Source of the DNA: Chloroflexota bacterium
Lineage (GTDB): Bacteria > Chloroflexota > Dehalococcoidia > Lucifugimonadales > UBA3495
Direction of reading: 5' to 3'
DNA: 64,000 bases
NCBI GenBank assembly: GCA_028875055.1
Contig: JAPPGG010000043.1
Location: 65,272 to 129,271 of the forward strand
The position numbers and the translations under genes are program-made. Within the stretch, counting starts at the first letter, position 1. Every line of letters begins with the position of its first letter. Positions 9,120 to 20,226 of this stretch are shown here, in pieces. The notes beneath the pieces are model-generated. The model made no database searches, had not been told where the DNA came from, and saw nothing but the letters and a program-made list of their open reading frames with translations.

Positions 9120-10037
9120 ATGGCAGACATACTTAGAGACAAGGTAGCCATTGTTACCGGCTCAGGCCGGGGCGTGGGCCGGGGCGTCGCCAAGCTCATG
9201 GCCCAGGAAGGCGCGCAGGTTGTGGTGGTGGACCCGGGGGTGAACGTGGACGGCACGGGCTCCGATCAGTCCATCGCCGAGCAGGTGGTGTCGGAAATCC
9301 GGCAGGAAGGAGGGACCGCGGTCGCCTGCCTGGAGTCGGTGGCGACCATGGACGGCGGCGAGAAAATAGTCCAGACCGCCATAGACAATTTTGGCCGGCT
9401 GGACATTGTAGTAACCTGCGCCGGCATCCTCCGTGACCGCATGATTTTCAACATGACAGAGCAGGAATGGGACGACGTGATAGCAGTCCACCTGAAGGGC
9501 ACCTTCAGCGTGGTAAAGAGCGCATGCATCCTGTTCCGGCAGCAGCGGTCAGGACGGATTGTCACCTTCAGCAGCCAGTCGGGCCTGCAGGGAAACTCGG
9601 GCCAGGCCAACTACGGGGCGGCCAAATCGGGCATCGCCGGCTTCACCAAGGTGGTGGCGCGGGACATGGGCCGCTACGGCGTTACCGCCAACTCCATCGC
9701 CCCCAGGGCTACCACCCGCATGATCGGGGCCATCCCCGACAGCGCGGCGGAAATTCGAGCCCGGGGCGGCGTACAGACCCTGGACCAGGGCAATGAACCC
9801 GAGACCATGGACCCGGACGACATCGCCCCCTTCGTCTGCTACCTGGCCAGCGACTATGCGGCCAACATCAACGGCCAGACCTTCCTGGTCTATGCCAGCG
9901 AGATTTCCCTGATGTCCCAGCCCAGGCCGGAACGATCCATTTACAACGACGGGCACTGGACCATGGAGGACATCGCTCCCCAGGCCAGGAACCACCTTAC
10001 CCGGGGCATCTACAACCCGGCCCCGCCCAGGGCTTAG
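9120..10037 (+). CDS. SDR oxidoreductase, HSD17B4/MFE-2 dehydrogenase-like ((3R)-hydroxyacyl-CoA dehydrogenase type)
   Basis: VAIVTGSGRGVGRG, CAGILRDRMIFNMTEQEWDDVIAVHLKGTF, NYGAAKSGIAGFT. ATG at 9120 preferred over the TTG at 9108. Confidence 0.85.
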   Translation: MADILRDKVAIVTGSGRGVGRGVAKLMAQEGAQVVVVDPGVNVDGTGSDQSIAEQVVSEIRQEGGTAVACLESVATMDGGEKIVQTAIDNFGRLDIVVTCAGILRDRMIFNMTEQEWDDVIAVHLKGTFSVVKSACILFRQQRSGRIVTFSSQSGLQGNSGQANYGAAKSGIAGFTKVVARDMGRYGVTANSIAPRATTRMIGAIPDSAAEIRARGGVQTLDQGNEPETMDPDDIAPFVCYLASDYAANINGQTFLVYASEISLMSQPRPERSIYNDGHWTMEDIAPQARNHLTRGIYNPAPPRA

Positions 10038-10077
10038 GGGAGTTCCCCGCCAGTTAAAGGCACTAGAGGAGACCGCC

Positions 10078-10443
10078 GTGGTTAGACAAATGACAATTGA
10101 AGATCACTTGCAAACCGCCCTGGAATTTCTGGAGCGATCTCGGCAGGAGTTTGCCGAAGGAGATGAAATGCAAGGGTCTGAAAAGCTATGGGGGTCTGCT
10201 TCCCATGCGGTGATGGCGTTGGCACTGCGGCGCGGCTGGCCCATCAACAAGCACAGCGACCTTAAGAGAGCGGTTAATGACTTGTCACAGGAAACTGGCG
10301 ACCAAGCCATGAAAGCGAACTTTGCCGTTGCCGAAAAGTTCCATGCCAACTACTACCACGGCTTTATGGATGACTTTCAAATTGTGGATGACAGGCCCTT
10401 GGTAGAAGACTTCGTATCTCAACTGCTGGCTCTGGCTGCTTAA
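10078..10443 (+). CDS. Hypothetical all-alpha protein, PaREP1-like (tentative); paralogue of 8528..9070
   Basis: 121 aa, GTG start after GGAG. See the motif alignment given for 8528..9070. Confidence 0.6.
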   Translation: MVRQMTIEDHLQTALEFLERSRQEFAEGDEMQGSEKLWGSASHAVMALALRRGWPINKHSDLKRAVNDLSQETGDQAMKANFAVAEKFHANYYHGFMDDFQIVDDRPLVEDFVSQLLALAA

Positions 10444-10515
10444 GGTCAGGCTTTCTGAATCGTATTGGGAGACAGTCCGTCAAATCAAGGAAATTAAACA
10501 GTTCGGAGCGCATAA

Positions 10516-11436
10516 ATGCCCAACCTTCTTGAGAACAAAGTTGCAATCGTAACCGGCTCCGGCCGTGGCGTCGGCAAGGGCGTGGCCCTGCAGATGGCCG
10601 CCGAGGGAGCCAGGGTGGTGGTCGTTGACCCCGGGGTAAACCTGGACGGCAGCGGCTCTGACCAGTCCATCGCCGAGCAGGTGGCGGCGGAGATTCGCGA
10701 GTCCGGCGGCGAGGCTGTGGCCTGCCAGGAGTCGGTGGCCACCATGGAGGGCGGCGAGACCATCGTCCAGACCGCCATTGACGCCTACGGCAAGCTGGAC
10801 GCCGTCGTCACCTGCCACGGAATCCTGCGGGACCGGATGATCTTCAATATGAGCGAGCAGGAGTGGGACGACGTCATTGCGGTGCACCTCAAGGGCACCT
10901 TTACCGTCATCAAGCACGCCTGCATTCTCTTCCGGCAGCAGCGGTCGGGCCGGGTAATCACCTTCAGTTCCACCTCCGGCCTGTACGGCAATTCGGGCCA
11001 GGCCAACTACGGCGCGGCCAAGGACGGCATAGCCGGGTTTACGCGGGTGGTGTCCCGGGACATGGGACGCTACGGCGTTACCGCCAACTCCATCGCCCCC
11101 AGCGCCCAGACCCGGATGATCGGCAGCGTACCCGACGAGGCCCGGGACCTGAGGGCGTCGCGGGGCATGAGCGGCGGCAACGTGGGCGGACTGCGGGGAG
11201 AGCCCGAGGATGTGGCCCCCTTCGTAACGTGGCTGGCCTCCGATGAAGCGGCCCACGTCAACGGCCATGTTTTCTACGTCACCGAGGGCCTGGTGAGCAT
11301 GCTCAACGAACCGGAACCGGTCCGGACCATGCACAAGGACGGCCGCTGGACGGTAGAGGAAATTATTCGGGTATTCCCCGCCACCCTGGGCGTGGAGTTG
11401 CATAACCCCGCGCCTGCGCCGCCGCCGGCGGTGTAG
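10516..11436 (+). CDS. SDR oxidoreductase, paralogue of 9120..10037
   Basis: VAIVTGSGRGVGKG, HGILRDRMIFNMSEQEWDDVIAVHLKGTF, NYGAAKDGIAGFT. Collinear with the upstream SDR over the whole length. Confidence 0.85.
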   Translation: MPNLLENKVAIVTGSGRGVGKGVALQMAAEGARVVVVDPGVNLDGSGSDQSIAEQVAAEIRESGGEAVACQESVATMEGGETIVQTAIDAYGKLDAVVTCHGILRDRMIFNMSEQEWDDVIAVHLKGTFTVIKHACILFRQQRSGRVITFSSTSGLYGNSGQANYGAAKDGIAGFTRVVSRDMGRYGVTANSIAPSAQTRMIGSVPDEARDLRASRGMSGGNVGGLRGEPEDVAPFVTWLASDEAAHVNGHVFYVTEGLVSMLNEPEPVRTMHKDGRWTVEEIIRVFPATLGVELHNPAPAPPPAV

Positions 11437-11495
11437 GGCGGGGCGACGCTAGAAAGAGTAATCTGAAGACCAACAGTTGACCCGGAAGGTGGGTT

Positions 11496-13766
11496 TTGAG
11501 CACCACAATCTTCAAGAAAGTAGATTATGAGCTATCGGGTTTAGTCAATGACATTGGTATAGGAAGAATAGGATTACCCGACATTCAACGCCCCTTTGTA
11601 TGGAGGAATGTTAAGGTTCGGGACTTGTTCGATTCCATGTACAAGGGATTTCCGGTAGGTTATCTGCTTCTTTGGGAAAATGGCACGGGAGATGGCAACC
11701 GCCATATAGGTACAGACAGCAAACAAGTTGCCCCCCAATTGGTAATCGTTGATGGACAGCAGCGCCTTACGTCTCTTTATGCGGTCGTCAGGGATGTACC
11801 GGTGTTGCGGGAAAATTATCGCTCCGAAAACATTCGCATAGCCTTCAACCCCGTCGAGGAAAAGTTTGAGGTCACTAATGCCGCCATCCGCAGGAATAAG
11901 TCCTACATTCCAGATATTTCACAAGTTTGGAGCAATGAAACAGATATATTTCAGGTAGTTGACGATTACCTAGAAGGACTCAGAACTTTACAGGAAGTTT
12001 CTCGTGAGGAGCAGGCAAGAATCAGGAGTTCATTCATAAGGCTTCAGGGACTTAGCAGCTTCCCTTTTACTGCATTGCAGTTGGATGCCAACGTATCGGA
12101 GCAGGATGTGTCCGACGTTTTTGTCCGCATCAACAGTCAGGGTGCTACGCTTAATCAAGCGGATTTCATTCTGACCTTGATGTCCGTGTTCTGGGACGAA
12201 GGGCGGTCCGAGCTGGAGGAGTTCTGTCGCCAGGCCCGTCAACCTACGAGTTTGGGACAGAGTTCTCCTTTCAACTACTTCGTAGAACCCTCCCCTGATC
12301 AGTTGCTTCGAGTTAGTGTAGGAGTTGCCTTTAAGCGAGCCAGATTAGAGTACATTTACTCAATACTCCGAGGAAAGGACCTTGAAAGCGGTGAGTTTAG
12401 TGATGCCCGCAGAGACGCCCAGTTTGACTTGCTAAAGGCGTCCCAAGCCAAGGTCTTGAATTTAAACCACTGGAAAGGGTTCTTGGCTTGCATCCGTCAG
12501 GCTGGCTTCCGGAGCCGTCGCAACATAATGTCTCAGGTCGCACTCTTTTATTCCTACGTGTTATACCTAATAGGAAAGACTGAGTGCCGGGTTGAAGAAC
12601 AAACTTTGCGCCGCCTTATTGCTCAATGGTTCTACATGGCGTCCCTTACTGGTCGATACACCGGAAACTCAGAGACAGCTATGGAAGCCGATCTGGCTTT
12701 GCTTCGAGGGGTCACTGAACCCGAGAGATTTGTCGAACGTCTTCGGAGTGTTTGCGCCACAGTTTTGACTAACGACTTTTGGAATGTTACTTTGCCCAAT
12801 AGCTTGGCAACTCAAACGGCCCGGAGCCCTTCTCTCTTTGCTTATGAGGCTTCGTTGGTTCTTTTGGACGCCAAGGTTCTGTTTTCCGAGGCTAAAGTCT
12901 CTGAATTGCTGGACCCGGTAGCTCAGGGAACCAGGGCGGCCTTGGAACGCCATCACTTGTTTCCTAGGGCTTACCTCGAAAGACAGGGGATATCTGGAAC
13001 TCAGCATTCTAATCAGATTGCGAATTTCGCCTACCTGGAATGGGGTGATAACGTTCGAATTTCTGATCGACCGCCCGCAGAGTATGTTCCCACGGTAAGC
13101 GAGAATTTCCGTGCCGATGAGCTGAGCAGAATGTACTATTGGCATGCTCTACCCAATGGCTGGGAAACCATGGCCTACGAGTCTTTCTTGCCATTGCGTC
13201 GTGACTTAATGGCAAAAGTTACCCGGGAAGGCTACCAGCGCCTGTCCGTTTGGGATGGGGAAGAAGAGCCTGATCTGCCTGTCAATGTGGCTACTGGAAC
13301 ATACGAATTAGTAGAGAGCGGGGAAACAGACGCCGTAGAGTTCAAGTCCACACTACGCACCAACCTGCGAACCAACAGCAAAGACAGCCGAATGGAACAA
13401 ACCGTGCTGAAAACCTTAGCTGCTTTCTTGAACACAAACGGAGGAACGTTGCTAATCGGTGTGGCAGACGATGGTGCTCCAGTGGGTATTGAAGCAGACG
13501 GGTTTTCCAGTGAAGACGATATGAGCCTACACTTGGTAAATATTGTCAACAGTCGTATGAGCCCTCAGGCTATGGCACGAACACACGTTAGCTTCGACGA
13601 TTATGAGGATGTGCGGGTAATGCGAATAAATTGCCAGCGGTCGATGGCTCCCGTATATGTTAGAGAGAATAGCAACGAATCTTTCTTTATTCGGACGGGA
13701 CCTTCATCTCGTGAACTAACAATCAGTGAAGCTCAAGACTATATTGCTCACAGATTTAGTTCCTAA
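11496..13766 (+). CDS. GmrSD-like DUF262/DUF1524 nuclease fused to a C-terminal AlbA_2 (Schlafen-type) domain; putative type IV restriction or defence enzyme
   Basis: DIQRPFVW and VDGQQRLTSLYAV (DUF262). ERHHLFPRAYL...NQIANFAYLEWGDN (His-Me/DUF1524-like). C-terminus DAVEFKSTLRTN...LAAFLNTNGGTLLIGVADDGAPVGIE (AlbA_2). TTG start after GGAAGGTGGG. Clearly lower GC than the flanks. Confidence 0.8.
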   Translation: MSTTIFKKVDYELSGLVNDIGIGRIGLPDIQRPFVWRNVKVRDLFDSMYKGFPVGYLLLWENGTGDGNRHIGTDSKQVAPQLVIVDGQQRLTSLYAVVRDVPVLRENYRSENIRIAFNPVEEKFEVTNAAIRRNKSYIPDISQVWSNETDIFQVVDDYLEGLRTLQEVSREEQARIRSSFIRLQGLSSFPFTALQLDANVSEQDVSDVFVRINSQGATLNQADFILTLMSVFWDEGRSELEEFCRQARQPTSLGQSSPFNYFVEPSPDQLLRVSVGVAFKRARLEYIYSILRGKDLESGEFSDARRDAQFDLLKASQAKVLNLNHWKGFLACIRQAGFRSRRNIMSQVALFYSYVLYLIGKTECRVEEQTLRRLIAQWFYMASLTGRYTGNSETAMEADLALLRGVTEPERFVERLRSVCATVLTNDFWNVTLPNSLATQTARSPSLFAYEASLVLLDAKVLFSEAKVSELLDPVAQGTRAALERHHLFPRAYLERQGISGTQHSNQIANFAYLEWGDNVRISDRPPAEYVPTVSENFRADELSRMYYWHALPNGWETMAYESFLPLRRDLMAKVTREGYQRLSVWDGEEEPDLPVNVATGTYELVESGETDAVEFKSTLRTNLRTNSKDSRMEQTVLKTLAAFLNTNGGTLLIGVADDGAPVGIEADGFSSEDDMSLHLVNIVNSRMSPQAMARTHVSFDDYEDVRVMRINCQRSMAPVYVRENSNESFFIRTGPSSRELTISEAQDYIAHRFSS

Positions 13767-13864
13767 TCTATAGTTAGTAGATTGGCCCCACATCTGTTCG
13801 CATTGCCAAGGGCTCTACAATAGTTAGGCAAGAAAATCTATCTGGATGATTAGAGGTTTTACCC

Positions 13865-15019
13865 ATGTTTCGCAGTTTTAGCGCTTCCTATGCCGGGCAC
13901 GTGGTGGACGACAACCTGGGCTTCGAGGGCACCCCGGCCAACGACCGCAACTATCCCAACGAGAAGCTGGCCGCCGCCTTTGACTGGGCCCTGGACTTCT
14001 CGCGTCACCTGGAGAGCCTGGGCTATGATGAGTTCTGGATGGCGGAGCACCACTTCCAGCCGGAAGGGTACGAGTGCATCCCCAACCTGCTGATGCTGAG
14101 CCTCTACCTGGCATCCAACACCGACCGGCTCAAGTACGGCTGCGGCTTCAACATCACCCCCATGTGGCATCCCCTGCGGCTGGCCGAGGACTTTGCCATG
14201 GCCGACATTCTGACCAGGGGCCGGGTAATTTTCGGCGTGGGTCGCGGGTACCACACCCGCGAGGTGGAAACTTTTGCCGCTCCCATGCTGGACGGCGACG
14301 CCAACCGGGAACTGTTCGAGGAGCAGATCGAGGTACTGGTAAAGGCCTTTTCCCAGGAGTTCTTCTCCCACGAGGGCAAGCATTACAAGTTCCCCGCCGA
14401 CGTTCCCTACCGCGGCTACCAGCTGGAGAAGATCAGCCTGGTGCCCCGGCCCATAAGCCAGCCGGTGGAAATCTGGCAGCCGCTGGTCAGCGGCAATCCC
14501 AAGGGTGTGGACTTCATGGGCAAGATGGGCATCAAGGCCCTGATCGCCAATACTCCGGAGCCCGTTTTGCACGAGCGCCTGGAGATGTACCAACAGGGCG
14601 CCGCGGCCCACGGCCGGGAAATCGCCCTGGGCGAGGACGTGGCCCTGGGGTACCGGTTCTTTATCGGCGACACCAGGGAGAAGGCGATTGAAGAGGCGCG
14701 CCCCTACTTTGAAGAGGCGATGAAGTTTGCAGCGCCCCTGGGGCTGATGCGCCTGAGCCAGGAGCAGATTGACGAGGTAGCCAGGCCCGGGCGTCCCCAG
14801 GGCATCGAGCTGCCGACGCTGGAAGAGGCTGTGGAAAACAACGTGTGGCTGTGCGGCCCCGCCGAACAGATAGCGGAGCACCTGATGAGCGTTGAGGAAA
14901 AGTACCCCGGCGTGGAGAGGGTGAACCTGGGCGCGGTAATGGGCATGCCGCAGAAGGTTTTCAAGGACCAGCTTACCAAGTTCGCCGAGGGGGTGTTCCC
15001 CCTGATGCAGGGCCGGTAA
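13865..15019 (+). CDS. LLM-class (luciferase-like) flavin/F420-dependent oxidoreductase
   Basis: 384 aa. LGYDEFWMAEHHF, ADILTRGRVIFGVGRGYH motifs. Confidence 0.85.
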   Translation: MFRSFSASYAGHVVDDNLGFEGTPANDRNYPNEKLAAAFDWALDFSRHLESLGYDEFWMAEHHFQPEGYECIPNLLMLSLYLASNTDRLKYGCGFNITPMWHPLRLAEDFAMADILTRGRVIFGVGRGYHTREVETFAAPMLDGDANRELFEEQIEVLVKAFSQEFFSHEGKHYKFPADVPYRGYQLEKISLVPRPISQPVEIWQPLVSGNPKGVDFMGKMGIKALIANTPEPVLHERLEMYQQGAAAHGREIALGEDVALGYRFFIGDTREKAIEEARPYFEEAMKFAAPLGLMRLSQEQIDEVARPGRPQGIELPTLEEAVENNVWLCGPAEQIAEHLMSVEEKYPGVERVNLGAVMGMPQKVFKDQLTKFAEGVFPLMQGR

Positions 15020-15061
15020 CCGCCAGCAACCTGCCCTGGAGCATTTTCATCCCCGAAAGGC

Positions 15062-15113
15062 GCGAAGAGACACTAAGGGTCCGTACCTTCCCCTGGTGTC
15101 TCTTCGCCTTTTT
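15062..15113 (+). terminator. Candidate intrinsic terminator of the LLM gene
   Basis: 12-bp stem GCGAAGAGACAC (15062-15073) / GTGTCTCTTCGC (15096-15107) followed by CTTTTTC. The 22-nt loop is long, and the hairpin overlaps the 3' end of the convergent gene. Confidence 0.45.
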
Positions 15114-15645
15114 CGTGGAACTGAATTTCCGTTGGCCCGGTGGGGTAAAGGGGATGGGTCAGGTAGTGCCAGGTCAGCACGCCGCGCAGGCCCTGGAAGA
15201 AGAGGTAGGCGAAGACCAGGTTGAGGACCAGGGACACGGGATTGAGGTTGCCGGGCCCCAATCCTGCCAGCGCCAGTCCGAACAGGACGGACTTGCTGAT
15301 CAGTTGATACCCCAGCAGCGCCGCGGCCATCGCCCGATTTCGCCTGAGAACACCGACGGCCAGGGCCGCAACCAGTCCCGCTTCCACCAGGACGAAGATG
15401 AACTCCCCTCGGCTGGGCCGGACCACCCCCTCAACGCCCGAGTCGCCCACAAAGTAGGTGGACATTATCACGATGAAGTTGATGGTGGCTGCCGCCAGCC
15501 CCGCGCCGAACCCCCACCGAATCCGTTTACGGGCCTGCAGCAAGTCCGTGCCTATCAGCCACGGGTTGGGGCTCGAAGCCGGCGTCAAGGCATGATCGCT
15601 TTCGGTGGAGTCCGGGTCCGCTTCCTGCCTGTTTTGCTCCTCCAT
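15073..15645 (-). CDS. Hypothetical integral membrane protein (about 4 TM helices)
   Basis: Hydrophobic segments (GAGLAAATINFIVIMSTYFV, FIFVLVEAGLVAALAVGVL, AAALLGYQLISKSVLFGLALAGL, SLVLNLVFAYLFF). Start taken at MEEQN (15645), 8 nt after the trxB stop. Confidence 0.6.
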   Translation of the reverse strand: MEEQNRQEADPDSTESDHALTPASSPNPWLIGTDLLQARKRIRWGFGAGLAAATINFIVIMSTYFVGDSGVEGVVRPSRGEFIFVLVEAGLVAALAVGVLRRNRAMAAALLGYQLISKSVLFGLALAGLGPGNLNPVSLVLNLVFAYLFFQGLRGVLTWHYLTHPLYPTGPTEIQFHEKGEETPGEGTDP

Positions 15646-15652
15646 TCCTGGC

Positions 15653-16597
15653 CTAACCCCGCAGCCGCTTGAAGGCGGCGATGGCGGCGGTGGCCCCGTC
15701 TCCGGCGGCGGCAACAAGCTGGGCCGCCGAATGCTGGCGGACGTCGCCCACGGCGTAGAGCCCCGGTTCGACAGTCTCCATGGACAGGTTGACCGGAATG
15801 TGCCCCCCGTTGTCCGTCTCCACCAGGCCGCGCACCAGTCCGGAGTTAGGCTCCAGCCCCACGTAAACGAAAAGGCTGCTCAAATCTACGTGGCTCTCTT
15901 CGCCGGTGGCCGTGTTGAGGATTCGGGCGCCGGTGACCATGCTGTCACCCAGCACCTCGGTAACCGTGGTATTCCAGTGGATTGTGACCTTCGGGTGTTC
16001 CTGGAGTCGCTGCTGCAGGACGTGCTGGGCCCGCAACTGGTCCCGCCGGTGGAAGAGCAAAACCTTGTCGGCGTACTCGGTAAGGGTCAGCGCCTCATCG
16101 GCGGCCGAATCGCCGCCCCCGACCACGCCCACCGTCTGGCCCATGCTCATGGGGCCGTCGCAGGTGGCGCAGTGGGAAACGCCCCGGTCGCGATACTCCT
16201 CCTCGCCCGGTATTCCTGCCGAACGAAGACTGGAACCGGTGGCAATTATCACGGCCCGGGCCCGATAGCTGCCGCTGTAGCCGGTAACCTGCTTGAAGTC
16301 GCCATCGCGGGAGACCTCGGTAGCCTCGTCCATGATGAACCGCATACCCGCGTTCATGGCCTGCTCCTGCAGCAGGGGACCGAGTTCGGCGCCCGAAACG
16401 CCTTCAGGGAAGCCGGGGAAGTTCTCGATACGCTCTACGTTGATTATCTGGGCGCCGCCTATCATCTGCTCGATGAGGGCGGTGGACAGGCCGTAGCGGG
16501 CGGCGTACATGCCCGCCGTCAGGCCGGCCAGGCCGCCGCCAACTATCAGAAGGTCATAGGTGTCAGTACCGGCCACGTCGGTACCTCCGGTAGGCAA
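15653..16597 (-). CDS. trxB: Thioredoxin-disulfide reductase
   Basis: YDLLIVGGGLAGLTAG FAD motif, redox-active CATCDG, GGGDSA NADPH motif, 314 aa. Confidence 0.92.
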   Translation of the reverse strand: MPTGGTDVAGTDTYDLLIVGGGLAGLTAGMYAARYGLSTALIEQMIGGAQIINVERIENFPGFPEGVSGAELGPLLQEQAMNAGMRFIMDEATEVSRDGDFKQVTGYSGSYRARAVIIATGSSLRSAGIPGEEEYRDRGVSHCATCDGPMSMGQTVGVVGGGDSAADEALTLTEYADKVLLFHRRDQLRAQHVLQQRLQEHPKVTIHWNTTVTEVLGDSMVTGARILNTATGEESHVDLSSLFVYVGLEPNSGLVRGLVETDNGGHIPVNLSMETVEPGLYAVGDVRQHSAAQLVAAAGDGATAAIAAFKRLRG

Positions 16598-16656
16598 AGG
16601 TGCCAGCTACTATAGCTGTGGCCCGAAATTGGTGTCAACGCGGGAGAGGGGGAGGA

Positions 16657-16853
16657 CAGGGCAGTCGCGCTTTAATTGAATGTCATGCTGAGCGAAGCCG
16701 AAGCATCTAAAATCTATCCCTGGAACCAACTTCACTACCCGCAACCGCCCTGAAGAGAAGGACTATAGGCCCTTCGGCAGGCTCAGGGCGACATGACTCT
16801 TGCCTACCGAATTTGTGCCCCCTATAGCCAGAATCTATAACGCCTTTGCCCTG
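16657..16853. repeat. MITE-like repeat, family A (197 bp), copy 1
   Basis: Termini CAGGGCAGTCGCG ... CGCCTTTGCCCTG. Internal gtcatgctgagcgaagccgaagcatc pairs with cttcggcaggctcagggcgacatgac. Near-identical to 46457-46653. Confidence 0.85.
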
Positions 16854-17009
16854 AGAGGGAGGGGCTTTCGATTGTTGGGAGGCGTTGCCCTGCTCCAATC
16901 AGTGAGACGAATTCCGTATTGGGTCGCAGGATTCCTGCAAGGATTTCACCCCCCATCCTAACCTTCCCCTTGAAGGGGGAAGGGACTCTTGGGATAGTTT
17001 CTTGATCCC

Positions 17010-18407
<1,398 letters not shown>

Positions 18408-18511
18408 GGTAGTCCCTCCTGCCGTACCAATTGCCCCGATTCTAGCATTGCGGGGCAGCAGGGGCAAAGGGCGGAGGCCCCACCGTGGGACCCGCCCCGC
18501 CGGGGCCTGGC

Positions 18512-19780
18512 CTATTGCGCCTGGCGCCGGTTACGGAGGCGTTCCTCTTCCTCCGGGGGGCGGACGTTGCGGAACATAAAGAAAAGGGACAGGTCGTAGC
18601 CGATCTTGAGGAGGGCGGAGCCCACCAGGGGCACCCAGGCGGCGGTGATGTTCCAGATGGCCGTGGTCACCGAAGGGCCCATTGCCCCCGCGGCGCTCCG
18701 CGTCACCATGTTGATGCTGGCCATGGCGACCCGTTCCTCGGAATTGATGACCGACATATTGTAGGAATCCCTGGTGGGAACATCCATCTGGCTCAGGAAG
18801 GCGCGGCACTGCCAGAACACAATCGCCAGCGGGGCCGTGGGCGCGAAGGCGGCGGCCAGCAGAAAGAAGCTGGATGGAATATGGGTGAATACCATCGTAT
18901 TCAGAAGGCCGATCCGGTTTGCTATCTTGGCTGATATCCACAGGGATGATGCGGTCAGGAGGTGGGACAAGGAGAAGACCAGGGCCAGGGATTCAACCGG
19001 CAGGCCGAATTTCGTGTAAAACCAGTAGGCGACCAGGCTCTGCATTACCATGGAGGTAGTGAAGGTGTCCACGCTGTAAAGGGTAATCAGGGTGAATATT
19101 CTGCGCCGGGACGGCAGGCTGAACGGGTTTTGCCACTGCTGGCGGGCGGCGGCCCCTTCCACGCTCGACGAGACGAAAAGATACAGGGCCGCCCCGGCAA
19201 GCTGGCACAAGGCAAAACCAAGGAACATCGCCTTGTAGGAGGAAAGGAGGGACAGGCCCAGGACATCCTGAAGCAGGACGGGCATCCCGGCCGCCAGGGC
19301 TCCCAGGAAAGTACCGGTGCGGGCCACAATGCTGTAGATGGCAAAGATGTCGGTGCGCCTTTCGGGAGGGCCGGTATCGGGGAGGATGGCAACTTCCAGG
19401 GGCTGCGCCGGGCTTTCGCCACCGCCGCCGCCCGTGGACAGGCTTCCCAGGAAGGCGATGATCAGCAGGGGGACGAAGGCCTCGGCGAAGTACATGCCTA
19501 CTCCGGCCGCCGCCGCCAACAGGGAGAAGAGCACCAGCAGACGCCGGCGCCCCACCCTTTCACTGATCAGACCCACCACCAGGGCAAAGAAGGATACGCC
19601 GGCAACGCCCACGGTAAGGACCGCGCCAATCTGCACCAGGCTGAAGCCCAGCTCGGCGAGATAGATTGCCATGATTACGGCAATGAAGCTCTGAGAAAAG
19701 GTGCGGACACCCCGGGCCAGGGTTATCAGCCTGGCGTCGCGGTTCATCCAGGACAGGGAGGTACGGAGCCGGGCGATCAT
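18512..19780 (-). CDS. MFS transporter
   Basis: 422 aa, about 12 hydrophobic helices, [10 protein letters not shown] loop motif between TM2 and TM3. Confidence 0.8.
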   Translation of the reverse strand: MIARLRTSLSWMNRDARLITLARGVRTFSQSFIAVIMAIYLAELGFSLVQIGAVLTVGVAGVSFFALVVGLISERVGRRRLLVLFSLLAAAAGVGMYFAEAFVPLLIIAFLGSLSTGGGGGESPAQPLEVAILPDTGPPERRTDIFAIYSIVARTGTFLGALAAGMPVLLQDVLGLSLLSSYKAMFLGFALCQLAGAALYLFVSSSVEGAAARQQWQNPFSLPSRRRIFTLITLYSVDTFTTSMVMQSLVAYWFYTKFGLPVESLALVFSLSHLLTASSLWISAKIANRIGLLNTMVFTHIPSSFFLLAAAFAPTAPLAIVFWQCRAFLSQMDVPTRDSYNMSVINSEERVAMASINMVTRSAAGAMGPSVTTAIWNITAAWVPLVGSALLKIGYDLSLFFMFRNVRPPEEEERLRNRRQAQ

Positions 19781-20014
19781 GGTTGGGACCCTTGGGGAGT
19801 GTTGTGTCGGAGACTGGCCTATGGAACCGCGGGAACTATCTTTTCTTGCCTGGCGTGCGTAGGTCGCTATTCATCGAGAGGCCATTCTAATTCAAGAGTT
19901 GCAAGTCCGAATCGGAATGCCCAAACGAAATTGAAAGCTTCCAAAATGGGCTGCCACGAAGGGCCGACACAGCTAATCAATGGCTGCCCCTAATCTCTCA
20001 TCTTGGAATCGCCG

Positions 20015-20226
20015 TTATCTACTGAAAGACTTCCTGGGCAGTCCTGATTGACGAATCATGCTACTGAGTGTCCCCGCTTTAATATCCTGGTTCCGTCGAG
20101 AGTAGCTTACAGTGACTGACTTTCGCTGCCCGTTAACGTAACCTTCGTATATGTGATGAGATCCTCTCTGCTATCAAGGTGAAAACCGTTAACTACCAAT
20201 ATATCCACGAACCTGCCATAACTCAC
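20015..20226 (-). pseudogene. hicA: HicA-like mRNA-interferase toxin gene with a 1-nt deletion frameshift
   Basis: Own translation. GTG at 20226 overlaps the upstream stop (GTGA) and gives VSYGRFVDILVVNGFHLDSRE, then goes out of frame. The adjacent frame reads RGSHHIYEGYVNGQRKSVTVSYSRRNQDIKAGTLSSMIRQSGLPRKSF*. Together they form the HicA pattern (GF.l.rq.GSHH.y ... GTL..I.kq.GL). The 212-nt length is not a multiple of 3. The shift lies near 20166-20175. Confidence 0.65.

Noticed and set aside
9108-11436. The two HSD17B4-like SDR genes were considered as a possible assembly duplication artefact.
   Set aside because: The copies differ at many positions at both protein and DNA level, and they are separated by distinct paralogous small genes. 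This is consistent with a genuine ancient duplication.
16707-16898. 60-75 aa ORFs inside repeat elements (16707..16898, 42403..42627, 46507..46734, 61938..62267, 27157..27354).
   Set aside because: They lie wholly within family A/B MITE-like copies. They occur in different frames and orientations between copies and lack ribosome-binding sites.
19781-20014. The larger intergenic regions (19781-20014, 29451-29878, 55864-56197, 42090-42387) were scanned for tRNA, tmRNA, RNase P or SRP RNA features.
   Set aside because: No cloverleaf T-arm (GGTTCGAATCC-like) or other hallmark boxes were recognised by eye. This is not a substitute for tRNAscan/Infernal.
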